DNA from: a virus
Lineage: Duplodnaviria > Caudoviricetes
Length of the DNA stretch: 54,055 nt
IMG/VR virus record: IMGVR_UViG_3300010155_000008
Location: 1-54,055 of that record
Reading direction: 5' to 3' (one strand)
The notes under the pieces were generated by a model, which did no database searches, had not been told where the DNA came from, and saw nothing but the letters and a program-made list of their open reading frames with translations. Position 1 is the first letter of the stretch. Each line of letters begins with the position of its first letter. Both the position numbers and the translations under genes were made by a program. Below are positions 1 to 9,520 of this stretch, one piece after another.

Positions 1-2
1 AA

Positions 3-1595
3 AATGGTATAATTAATTATTCAGGTCCTAGAAATTATAATTATTTACTTGATGATGCATATTCTAAATATCCAGGTTTAGAAGTAATGAAAGATGACTT
101 GGAAATATTAGGAGATACAAGTTTTACTAGAGAGGCAACAGGTGTTGGTGATATAGAATTTTTTGGTAAAGATGATACTAGCTTTACTTATCCTACAGGT
201 TTTACATATCCTAATCCTAATCCAGGTGGATATGGTATACCATTTAATCCTAAAACTAATAATTCTCAGGGTATAGCTTTAGATATGCTACATGGTATGG
301 ACGAGTCTTCTCCTAAATATAAAGAATTAAAAAAAGAATTTGGTAAAGCATATTTGAATTCAAAGTTTAAAAAAGATTTTAAAGACCAAATTAAATGGAT
401 GAAAGAAAAGGTTGGAGAGGATAAATATAATGAATGGTATGATGGTAAGGATAGTAAATATTTTGATCATAGTTATCTTGATGGTATTATAAGGAATTTA
501 TTATATGAAGGTACTCCTGAAGATTTTAAAAGAGATAGATATTGGGATAAAGCACAAGAAGAATATTTATCTGATCCTAAAATGAAAGAAACATTTGGTA
601 ATTTAAAAAAATATCTTACAACAAAACCAGTTACTCCAGATAAATATGTAGAAGCTGCATTAACTCTAGAAGAAGCTGATAAGTATAGAGAAGGTGGTTA
701 TGTTCTAGAAGAGGTATATGAAGATGATCCAGGAACTGGTAAAAGTTATACTGTAAAATCAGGAGATACTTTTAATGCAATTGCATATGCTAATGGTATT
801 ACACCTGAAGAATTAAAGCTTGCAAATTCAGGAATTAGTTATGATAAACTTTCTATAGGTCAAGTAATAAATATTCCTAAAAAAGAATCTGTAGCAAAAC
901 TTGCAACAAAGATTGCAAAAAAAGCAGGAATTAGTCCATGGATTAAAGCAAAGAAAACTCTTAGTAAAAAGTTAAAGGCTCCAAAAGATGAATTTGAATA
1001 TGATGATGCTAAATTTATCGATGAGATTTACATGCCTGAGTTACTCTCTCAAGAAAATGCAGGTAGGGCAGGATATGATCCTGAAACGGGATTATGGTAT
1101 CCTCACAAAGCTCCAGAAGAAGGTGGAGGCTATGATATTTTTGGTGGGCATAAGATTGGGGAACATGAAGATTTTTCTGAAGGTATAACTACTGAACAAG
1201 GACATGCTCAAATGAGAAAAGATTTTGAAAGCAAAAAGAAAAATGCTTCTAAGTATATAGATAAAACATATGGAGAAGGTACTTTTGAAGGTCTTCCTGT
1301 TTATTCACAGGCATTATTAACAGATTATGAATATAATGTAGCTGGAGGTATAGGAAAATTTCCAAATTTTGCAAAAGGTGTAGTAAATAATGATAAAGAT
1401 TTAATGCTTAAAGAATATGTAAGATATTCAGATGGTAAACCTTTAGGTCGAAGAAATGACTTTACTAAAGATTGGATTAATAAATATTTTTTAGAAGAAA
1501 AGCAGGAAGGTGGAGGTTTTATAGAAGCTTACTTATCTCCTAAAGAAGTAAAACAATATGTAGATGGTGGTTATATATTAGATGAAATAATATAA
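3..1595 (+). CDS. 5'-truncated virion-associated peptidoglycan hydrolase (LysM domain + phage lysozyme-like domain)
   Basis: The frame is open from base 3 (NGIINYSGPRNY...), upstream of the ATG at 87, so the gene probably begins before the window. LysM consensus SYTVKSGDTFNAIAYANGIT...LSIGQVINIP at ~744-878. C-terminal lysozyme-like segment (QENAG...YDIFGGHKI...LTDYEYNV...LGRRN) at ~1010-1490. Confidence 0.8.
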   Translation, partial: NGIINYSGPRNYNYLLDDAYSKYPGLEVMKDDLEILGDTSFTREATGVGDIEFFGKDDTSFTYPTGFTYPNPNPGGYGIPFNPKTNNSQGIALDMLHGMDESSPKYKELKKEFGKAYLNSKFKKDFKDQIKWMKEKVGEDKYNEWYDGKDSKYFDHSYLDGIIRNLLYEGTPEDFKRDRYWDKAQEEYLSDPKMKETFGNLKKYLTTKPVTPDKYVEAALTLEEADKYREGGYVLEEVYEDDPGTGKSYTVKSGDTFNAIAYANGITPEELKLANSGISYDKLSIGQVINIPKKESVAKLATKIAKKAGISPWIKAKKTLSKKLKAPKDEFEYDDAKFIDEIYMPELLSQENAGRAGYDPETGLWYPHKAPEEGGGYDIFGGHKIGEHEDFSEGITTEQGHAQMRKDFESKKKNASKYIDKTYGEGTFEGLPVYSQALLTDYEYNVAGGIGKFPNFAKGVVNNDKDLMLKEYVRYSDGKPLGRRNDFTKDWINKYFLEEKQEGGGFIEAYLSPKEVKQYVDGGYILDEII

Positions 1596-1653
1596 ACCTA
1601 TAAGATTTAAACATTAAACTAAAAATTAGTATATTATATATAAGTATTAAATT

Positions 1654-4035
1654 ATGGCACAGACAAAAAAGTATAGAATATATAAAGCAGGTGGTCAACA
1701 AGGAAGAGTAGTCAATCCTACCGCAATGTGGTTTGCACAAATGGGTGCACAACAACCTTCTCAAGAAGAAATGATGATGATGCAACAAGCTCAAGCTCAA
1801 GCTCAAGCTCAAGCACAGGGACAAGAACAACAAGCTGTTGGAGAAGAAGAGATAATGCAAATAATGCAAATGTTACAACAAGCTTTAGAAAAAGGTGCTA
1901 ATCCTCAAGATGTAATTGCTGAATTGTTATCTAATCAAGTTCCTCCTGAAATTATTGTACAAGCTTTTATAAAAATAGGAGCTCCTGCTCAAGATGCTGA
2001 AAGATTAGTAATGACTACACTAGAGCAAATGCAAAATGCACAAGCTCAACAACAGCAAGTTCCTCAACAAGAACCTATGCCTATGGGTAAAAGAGGTTAC
2101 ATAAAGAAAAGACTTAAACAAGCAGAAGATGGTATAAATATGGACCAAGAAGCTGCTACTGCTTCTGCTACTAATTTTGCTGCTGATGTTCAACCTAGTA
2201 AAAATGCTTTATTAAATTTTAATAAAAGAAATATAATTAGGGGTCAAGCAGAAGAAGAATATAATAATATGATGGCTATGACTGGAAATGATTCTTCAGA
2301 AATTCCTCTTGAAGAAGCTAGATATGGTAGAGCAAGAAGACAAGCAAAAAAAACAGCTAGAAAACAAAATAGACAAAATAGAGAAGTTAATAGAACTATA
2401 AGAAATGCTTATGGAGATATATCATTTCCTGCTGGTGTTGCACCTATGATGATGCCAGGATCACCTATGATGGGTGGTGCACCTGGAGTATTTGATATGG
2501 AAGTACAAAGAGGAGGTCTTTTTAATAGGATTAAAAATATTAAAACCCACATGGAAACTACAGGTGCATCTAATATGCCTATCAATTTTGCACAAGGTGT
2601 ATTTACGAATGGTTTATATAATCCTTGGGCTATGCAAAATTCTGGTCAATTCATGCAAAGAATTACTTATCCTGGTGTAACTAATGAAATAGAAACGGTT
2701 AAAGATAAGATAATATTTAAAGATGATGTGAGTGAAGATAATGGTGATAAAGGAGGTGGAGATAATACTGACCCTATAATTACTGCAAATACACAACCTA
2801 AAGGAGGTTGTCCAGAAGGATATAAGTGGGACCCAAATGCTATGGCTCCTAATGGTAAAGCGGGAGTTTGTGTAGAAGATAAAAAAGTAAATCCTGGAGA
2901 TTGTACAGGAGGTAGAATATTTAATGAACTTTCTGGAGAATGTGATTGTAAAGATAAAAATCATGTTTGGGATTCTACAGCAGGAAAATGTATTCCTCGT
3001 GATAAAACAGTAATAGTACCAGAATCTAGTGATAATTGGAAGATACCTGCTGCTCTAGTTGCGGGAGCTGGTATAATAACTTATGCAAATAGAAAGAAGA
3101 TAGCTAAATATTTAGTAAATAGAGGTGTTAAGGTTACTAAAAAAAATGTGAATCAAGCTATAGCAGATCTTGCAGTTACTGATCTGGATAAGTATTTTTC
3201 TAATGCACCTGGAGATGACCTTGTACCATTAGTAGGTAGAGATGGTCAACTTCTTATGAGCTTTTATGATGATGCTGATTTTAAATTAGCAGGTCCTGAA
3301 ATAATTCCGGGTAGCTCTCCTATTGATGGAAAGATAGTAGATGATTTTATACCTGATCCTGCACAAGGAAATTTATTTGATCAACCTAAATTAGAGGTTC
3401 CTACTAAGCATTCAGAAAAACAAATTAAGAAAATGTCAAAGGAACTCAATCAAATTGTAAATACTAAAAAGCATATTAGTAGAACAAAAGTTTTAAACTT
3501 TTCTAAAAGGCATGGTGTAAAAATTCCAAAAACAGTGAGTAAGGGAAGTACAAAACATTTAGTGGATTGGTTGAAACAAGCATTAAAACTTAGATTTGAA
3601 GAAGGAGGAGAAATAGATTCAATGAATGAAATGTATGGTGATCCTGACTTGTATAAATTTACAGGTGGTGGACAAGGTGTAAATTATTTTGCAGATACAG
3701 GATATCCAGAATCTGAAGATGTATATGATCCTTACATGCCTTATATGGAACATGGTGGCCCACATACAGCAGCTGAACAACTGGCAGCACTTGGTTCTAC
3801 TAATCCTTCTATAGGACAAAATTTAGCACAACAACGTGATATTGATGCAGCTCAATGGGTAGCTAAAAGAACTAGTAATATTCAGAATAGAAATCCAAAT
3901 TATACTGAAGAAGAATTAAAACCAACAATTAAAAATTATGGTGGAGATTTGCGAGCAGGACAAGAAGTTTGGATGAATCCTAATGAAATAGCTGCATTTA
4001 TGGCTATAGGTGGAGTAGTAGAATTTTTAGATTAA
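1654..4035 (+). CDS. Putative virion/internal protein (793 aa): Gln/Met-rich N-terminus, Cys-rich repeats, one hydrophobic segment
   Basis: Long ORF in the structural block. Q/A repeats, three C-x(n)-W/F-x(n)-C units at ~2809-2991, hydrophobic IPAALVAGAGIITYA at ~3043-3087, multiple xxGG motifs. Confidence 0.6.
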   Translation: MAQTKKYRIYKAGGQQGRVVNPTAMWFAQMGAQQPSQEEMMMMQQAQAQAQAQAQGQEQQAVGEEEIMQIMQMLQQALEKGANPQDVIAELLSNQVPPEIIVQAFIKIGAPAQDAERLVMTTLEQMQNAQAQQQQVPQQEPMPMGKRGYIKKRLKQAEDGINMDQEAATASATNFAADVQPSKNALLNFNKRNIIRGQAEEEYNNMMAMTGNDSSEIPLEEARYGRARRQAKKTARKQNRQNREVNRTIRNAYGDISFPAGVAPMMMPGSPMMGGAPGVFDMEVQRGGLFNRIKNIKTHMETTGASNMPINFAQGVFTNGLYNPWAMQNSGQFMQRITYPGVTNEIETVKDKIIFKDDVSEDNGDKGGGDNTDPIITANTQPKGGCPEGYKWDPNAMAPNGKAGVCVEDKKVNPGDCTGGRIFNELSGECDCKDKNHVWDSTAGKCIPRDKTVIVPESSDNWKIPAALVAGAGIITYANRKKIAKYLVNRGVKVTKKNVNQAIADLAVTDLDKYFSNAPGDDLVPLVGRDGQLLMSFYDDADFKLAGPEIIPGSSPIDGKIVDDFIPDPAQGNLFDQPKLEVPTKHSEKQIKKMSKELNQIVNTKKHISRTKVLNFSKRHGVKIPKTVSKGSTKHLVDWLKQALKLRFEEGGEIDSMNEMYGDPDLYKFTGGGQGVNYFADTGYPESEDVYDPYMPYMEHGGPHTAAEQLAALGSTNPSIGQNLAQQRDIDAAQWVAKRTSNIQNRNPNYTEEELKPTIKNYGGDLRAGQEVWMNPNEIAAFMAIGGVVEFLD
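1786..1815 (+). repeat. Tandem hexamer repeat (CAAGCT)x4 + CAAGCA encoding QAQAQAQAQA
   Basis: Directly visible in-frame microsatellite inside the 793-aa ORF. Confidence 0.9.
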
Positions 4036-4041
4036 ACTAAT

Positions 4042-7000
4042 ATGAAAGTAAAAATTAAAAAATTACCAAAGAAAGCTTATGGTGGTCAGCAATCAACTGG
4101 TGCATTAGATGTTACTCCTGCTACATGGGGAGATACTGATTATAGAAAAGCTAAAGAAGGATTAGAAGTTAAACAAACTTTAACTAAGATTCCAAGATCA
4201 ATGGCTAATTTAGAAGCTGAAGATGGAGAGAGTGCCTTTGGTCCTATTTCAGGAGATACTATTCCAGATCACTTTAACATAAAAGGATCTAAACATAGTA
4301 GTGGAGGAGTTCCTTTAAATCTTCCTGATGATACTTTTATATTTAGTGATACTAAAGCAATGAGGATAACAGATCCTGCTGTTCTTAAGATGTTTAATAA
4401 AATTCCTAAAAAAGGAGGATATACTCCTGCTGAACTTGCTAAACCTTATGATATAAATAAGTATAAGGCAATTTTAATGGATCCAGAGTCAGATAGAAGA
4501 TCAAGAGAAACAGCTACATTAATGATAAAGAACTTTATCATTAAACTTGGTGCATTAGCTTTAGCTCAGGAATCTAAGAAAGGATTTCCACAAGGTATTC
4601 CAGAAATGGCAAGACCTTATATGGAAGCTAATAAAATTACTGATGAAGATTTAATTCCTAAAGAACAAATAACACAACAAGCTCATATGATGAAAAATGG
4701 TGGAATAAATAAATTTAAACCAGGAGGAGCTGTAGATACAGATCCTAAAATTCTTATTGAAGATATTAACAGAATTACTATTGATGGTTCACTTGGTGCA
4801 AATAAAGCTAATATATTAAAAGATGGTAAACCCATAACAGGTACAGCTAGTGGAGTAACTGTAACTAGTGTAGAAGCAATAGGAGATAAAATTATTATTA
4901 ATGCTAAAATGGGCCTGATGTCAGGTCAACGACCTTTAGGTCACTTTAAAAAAGATTCTAAAGGTAACTATAAGTTTATACCTAATAAAAGTATTTATGA
5001 TAAATTTATGCATCCAAAAAAGGGTGCGGATAAGGAAGATCAAAGACTGTTCAATAGTTTTATAGAAGGAGTAGAAACTAATTCATCTTTTAGAGATGAT
5101 GTTAGAGGTGCTATTAAAGGTACAAATAAATATGAAGCTAAAACAAAAACAAAAGAGTACTTTACTCCTGTAAAATCTACTAAACCTACTGCTACTACAA
5201 CTACTGCTACTACAACTACTTCTAATATTCCAGTAAAAGAGGAGGAAGTAGAAATTGAAACTAATAATCAAGGTACTGATTTACCTACATATGAAGAAAT
5301 ATTAAAACAAAATCCTCCTAAAGTTGGTCAAAGTAAAGATGGATGGTGGTCAAATGTTACAGGTGCTACTCCTCCTTATTTACCTACTAATAAAGTTTGG
5401 GATGGAGAAAAGTGGGTTAAAGGAACCCCAACAGTAGATCAATCTACTACAACTCAAGGTACTACAACTCAAAGTGCTAATACTGGAATGAAATTAGAAG
5501 ATTTACCTTCATATCAAAATGCTAGTCCAGAACAAAAAGCAATGTTTAAATCTTTGAATCCTGAGCAAAAACAAATGCTACTAGATATGTATACTAAGCA
5601 AGCGGGTTCTTCAAACAGAATCCCTATGCAAGGATCAACTCAACTTGGGTATGATAGATTTGGTATGCCTTATGATGCAATAAGTAGACAACAATTTGGA
5701 AACTATTATGGAGAAAGACCTTTTTATAATATGAATAATGCAGGAGCATATAACTTAGACTTTAGTAATCCTTTTTCTAAGAGAGCTTTTAGAAGAGCTG
5801 GTAACTGGTTAAGTCCAATGGGACCTGGAAGAATGACGGGACCTGGATATGGAACAGGTATACCAGCAACAGGATTTCCTATGGGAATGATTCCTACAAG
5901 TGTTGATACAAATTATAGAAAAAACCCTTGGCTTAAAGCTTTATTTAATAAAGATATTGCAAGAAAGGAGTTTAGAACAAGATATAATTTTAATGAACCT
6001 TCATTACTTAGACCTTCTTCACTATCTAGATTTACAGATGATATTGATATAGAAGAAGAAATGTCTAATAGAGATTTTGCAAGAAAACATGTTCCTGGAA
6101 GAGATAGGTATTCTAGAAAAGATAGAAACGCATTAAGAAAACGATTAAATAAAGGATTAATAACTCAAGAAGAATATTTAAATCTATTAGAAGAAGAAGA
6201 GGGAATAGAAAATGATACTATAATTAATGATTATGAATATGCACAAATGTTAAGAGATGATGAAGCTAGGGATGCTGAGGAATTTGATTATGAAATACCT
6301 GAAATTAATGAAAAAGCATCAGAATCAATGCCTTTTACACCAGTTGATGAAGTTAAAGTAAAAGTTGATGAAGTTGATGGATGGGATTTAGAAGGAGTAA
6401 ATAGAGCTCATATACAACCAAAAGAAAGTGAGACTTATGGAGATTATTATAGAAGACAAGGTTATAATGAGCAGGAAGTTAAAGACATGTTAGGTGATAG
6501 AAGAGATGATCAAATAATGTCTGGTGAGTATAGAAAATATATAAAAGATATTCAAAATCCTTATTTTGAAGACTTAAAAAGTAAATTTTCAGATACAGAA
6601 GATGATACAGATCCAAATGCAGAAGCTAAAGCTGCATTAGGACCTGATGCTACAGAAGAAGATATAGCAGATTATAATGAGACAAAAAGAATTGAAGTTT
6701 TACAGAATCAAGAGAATGTGACTGAAGAGACTCAAAACTATTCTGGTTATACACCTAGATATCCAATTGGCACGGATAAATACTATGGAAATCAAAAAGG
6801 AAAGCCAGGTCAGAAACATGATCCAAGATATTATATGTTGGATAATCCTATTACAGAAGAGCAACAAGAAATATTAAATAGACCAAGTAAGCAAACTATA
6901 AACTTAGATGATCCAGAGGCAAGATGGATGTTACAAAATATGTATGAGGATGATGCAACTCAAGATGATGTCATCAAACGGGTGCAACGTATGAGACAAT

Positions 7001-9453
7001 CTGGATTTGACATTGCAAATAATGAAAGGGGTGATATTGATAAAATGTGGGCAAATGATAATTTAAGTTATGATTTAGATTATGGTAATAAATTATCAAA
7101 TTTATTAACAAGCTTTCAACAAGATCCTCCAGTGAGAAAAGCATTTGGTGGTGAGAATCAAACATTAAATATGTTTGTATATGGAGGTTATAATAAATAT
7201 CCACATGGTGGATTTCATACTCCTTTTGAAGAGAGAATGAAAGAAACAAGAACTCAAGATAGTTTATTACCTTCAGCAGAAGGAATACTGGGAGCTAGTG
7301 ATGCACAATCAGGAATTTTTACTAAAGATAATCCCTACATAAATCCTCTTACTGGTAAAAGATCTTCTTTTATGACTGACAGTGAGACAGGAAAATATAC
7401 AATGGTAGATCAACCTCCAAGTAGTTTTGAAACAAAACAAAAAGTTAATACGGCTTTTGATTGGAATCCTGAAGATACTGATCAACAACTTGGTTGGGTA
7501 GCAAATAAAATAACAAATACAGGTAGAGCAATTCAAGATGCTAGAAGAGAAGGTGAAATGAATAATTTAGGTTTTGTAGCAGCTCAAGATGCAAATGTAA
7601 GTCAACGTCTTAATAAAGGTCATGAATATGCTCTTAATCAAGGAGTAGCAGCAATAGATGCATATTCACCTGCTAATCTTATGAGAACAATGGGTACTAC
7701 GCTTGGAGAATATGGAGGATCTATACCTATAGCAAGATATGGTACTGATATGGGTGGTGCATATTATCCTGTTATGTCTAGTGGAGGTGGATCAAGAGTT
7801 AGAATAATGTCATTACCTTCAAAAGATGGTGGTGGACCTGCAGGTCATTCACATCCTCATCAAAGTTGGCAAGAAGGTCAAACATATAGCGGAGGTAGTA
7901 AAGAGTGGGATGATTGGTATACTTCAGAGTCTGCAAAAGATTATAGAACTAATAGATATGATGCATACAAACAACGAAGAACAGATGTGAATAAGGATAT
8001 ATTAGATGAGGAGAATTATCATAATATATATAGAAGGGGTCAGAAACAAATTAATGCCATGCAAGATTTTTATAAAGATGATGCTGGATATTTTGATAGT
8101 AAAGACTGGGATTCTAACTATGCTTATAAGGCTGATGGTACAAAAGATATGAGTGTTAATAAAGGTAAAAACTGGAAATATAAGGCATCTATTAAACAAA
8201 TGAATGATAAAATAAGAAAGGATAATCCAAACATGGCACAAGCAGAAATAGATAAACTTCTTTATACTGCATTAAGTGGTGAAGATATCTCAAATTTTCA
8301 GTCAGGTTATATAGGTGGTAAATTTATGGATGCTTCTGGTGGAAAAACTGGATCTGCGTTACAGGACTTTATACACACTGGGATGAGTGATCAAACTGTT
8401 ATGATAGATGGTGTACCAATTAACATTTCACCAGAAGATCAACGTTTTGGTAATACAACAGTTGGACAAAGGGAAGCTACAACAATTCCTATTACTGCTG
8501 ATGAAATAGTTGAAAACAATGATGGAAAGGTCACTGTAGAAGAAAATAAGTCAGTTACAACAGATATGAAAGACTGTATATGTTATCCTTTAGATGCACA
8601 GGGTAAGCCTGATAAAACTAAAACACCTATTTCTACAACACAAATTCCAGTAGATGAAAAGTGTGATTGTAATGCAACAATTCATACACAAAGAAAACAA
8701 CAATTTGTAGATGATCCTTATGAAAAACTTGGATATAGTAGACAAGATTATAGAAACTTAAATACTGCACAACGTTATGAAACAGAAGCTGCAAAAGTAA
8801 ATCCTTTTTTAGTAAATTATCAAGAGCAATCACCTACTTTAACAAATCCATATACTGCTGATATTACTTCAGCTTTACAAGGAATAAGAAGTAGTGTAGA
8901 TATGCAAGGTGGTCCTGCTTCAGCAAAGTTTGCTAAACAAATGGCAGCAATGAGTAATACTCTTCCTCAAACAGGCAAAAGATATAGTGATAAGGCTGCT
9001 TTAAATGCTCGTGATGTAAATACTTTTAGTAATCTAAATGCACAAGGTCAATTCAATGCAGGTAGAATAAATTCAGCTAATATACAAAACTTTAGAGCAC
9101 TAAATGCAGCTGCAGATAATACAAGTTTGAAAGCAAGAAATGCTAAAATGTCAAATATAAATTTAGCTGAACAAGCTGCACATAAGCGTATGATTGATAA
9201 AAGTGTTAATAATTATATGAATCCAAATAATCAAATTAGTTATTCAGATGATACGCCTTGGTATAGAAAAACTTATAGAGATTTTAGTTTAACTAAACCT
9301 GCATTAACTAAGAGAGAACAGTATGAACAAGATAAAAAGAACTATGGTCAACAAGCAGCTTTGGCAATGATGAATAAGAAATCTAAGTATGGAGGTTCTG
9401 TAAAATCTAATTCATTTATACCAACATATACTACAATGCCTTATGGTAACTAA
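4042..9453 (+). CDS. Large putative virion/cargo protein (1803 aa), modular and low-complexity
   Basis: Long ORF. The N-terminal domain (ANLEAEDGE...KGSKHSSGGVPLNLPDDTFIFSD) resembles ones I recall from Bacteroidota phage structural blocks. Thr-rich linkers and repeated xxGG motifs. Confidence 0.6.
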   Translation: MKVKIKKLPKKAYGGQQSTGALDVTPATWGDTDYRKAKEGLEVKQTLTKIPRSMANLEAEDGESAFGPISGDTIPDHFNIKGSKHSSGGVPLNLPDDTFIFSDTKAMRITDPAVLKMFNKIPKKGGYTPAELAKPYDINKYKAILMDPESDRRSRETATLMIKNFIIKLGALALAQESKKGFPQGIPEMARPYMEANKITDEDLIPKEQITQQAHMMKNGGINKFKPGGAVDTDPKILIEDINRITIDGSLGANKANILKDGKPITGTASGVTVTSVEAIGDKIIINAKMGLMSGQRPLGHFKKDSKGNYKFIPNKSIYDKFMHPKKGADKEDQRLFNSFIEGVETNSSFRDDVRGAIKGTNKYEAKTKTKEYFTPVKSTKPTATTTTATTTTSNIPVKEEEVEIETNNQGTDLPTYEEILKQNPPKVGQSKDGWWSNVTGATPPYLPTNKVWDGEKWVKGTPTVDQSTTTQGTTTQSANTGMKLEDLPSYQNASPEQKAMFKSLNPEQKQMLLDMYTKQAGSSNRIPMQGSTQLGYDRFGMPYDAISRQQFGNYYGERPFYNMNNAGAYNLDFSNPFSKRAFRRAGNWLSPMGPGRMTGPGYGTGIPATGFPMGMIPTSVDTNYRKNPWLKALFNKDIARKEFRTRYNFNEPSLLRPSSLSRFTDDIDIEEEMSNRDFARKHVPGRDRYSRKDRNALRKRLNKGLITQEEYLNLLEEEEGIENDTIINDYEYAQMLRDDEARDAEEFDYEIPEINEKASESMPFTPVDEVKVKVDEVDGWDLEGVNRAHIQPKESETYGDYYRRQGYNEQEVKDMLGDRRDDQIMSGEYRKYIKDIQNPYFEDLKSKFSDTEDDTDPNAEAKAALGPDATEEDIADYNETKRIEVLQNQENVTEETQNYSGYTPRYPIGTDKYYGNQKGKPGQKHDPRYYMLDNPITEEQQEILNRPSKQTINLDDPEARWMLQNMYEDDATQDDVIKRVQRMRQSGFDIANNERGDIDKMWANDNLSYDLDYGNKLSNLLTSFQQDPPVRKAFGGENQTLNMFVYGGYNKYPHGGFHTPFEERMKETRTQDSLLPSAEGILGASDAQSGIFTKDNPYINPLTGKRSSFMTDSETGKYTMVDQPPSSFETKQKVNTAFDWNPEDTDQQLGWVANKITNTGRAIQDARREGEMNNLGFVAAQDANVSQRLNKGHEYALNQGVAAIDAYSPANLMRTMGTTLGEYGGSIPIARYGTDMGGAYYPVMSSGGGSRVRIMSLPSKDGGGPAGHSHPHQSWQEGQTYSGGSKEWDDWYTSESAKDYRTNRYDAYKQRRTDVNKDILDEENYHNIYRRGQKQINAMQDFYKDDAGYFDSKDWDSNYAYKADGTKDMSVNKGKNWKYKASIKQMNDKIRKDNPNMAQAEIDKLLYTALSGEDISNFQSGYIGGKFMDASGGKTGSALQDFIHTGMSDQTVMIDGVPINISPEDQRFGNTTVGQREATTIPITADEIVENNDGKVTVEENKSVTTDMKDCICYPLDAQGKPDKTKTPISTTQIPVDEKCDCNATIHTQRKQQFVDDPYEKLGYSRQDYRNLNTAQRYETEAAKVNPFLVNYQEQSPTLTNPYTADITSALQGIRSSVDMQGGPASAKFAKQMAAMSNTLPQTGKRYSDKAALNARDVNTFSNLNAQGQFNAGRINSANIQNFRALNAAADNTSLKARNAKMSNINLAEQAAHKRMIDKSVNNYMNPNNQISYSDDTPWYRKTYRDFSLTKPALTKREQYEQDKKNYGQQAALAMMNKKSKYGGSVKSNSFIPTYTTMPYGN
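5188..5217 (+). repeat. Tandem 15-bp duplication ACTGCTACTACAACT x2 (Thr-rich linker)
   Basis: Directly visible. Confidence 0.85.
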
Positions 9454-9520
9454 ACATTATAAGTTTAGTAAACTTTAAAAATTTTAATAAATTTAGAACA
9501 TAAAATAATACTTAATAAAA

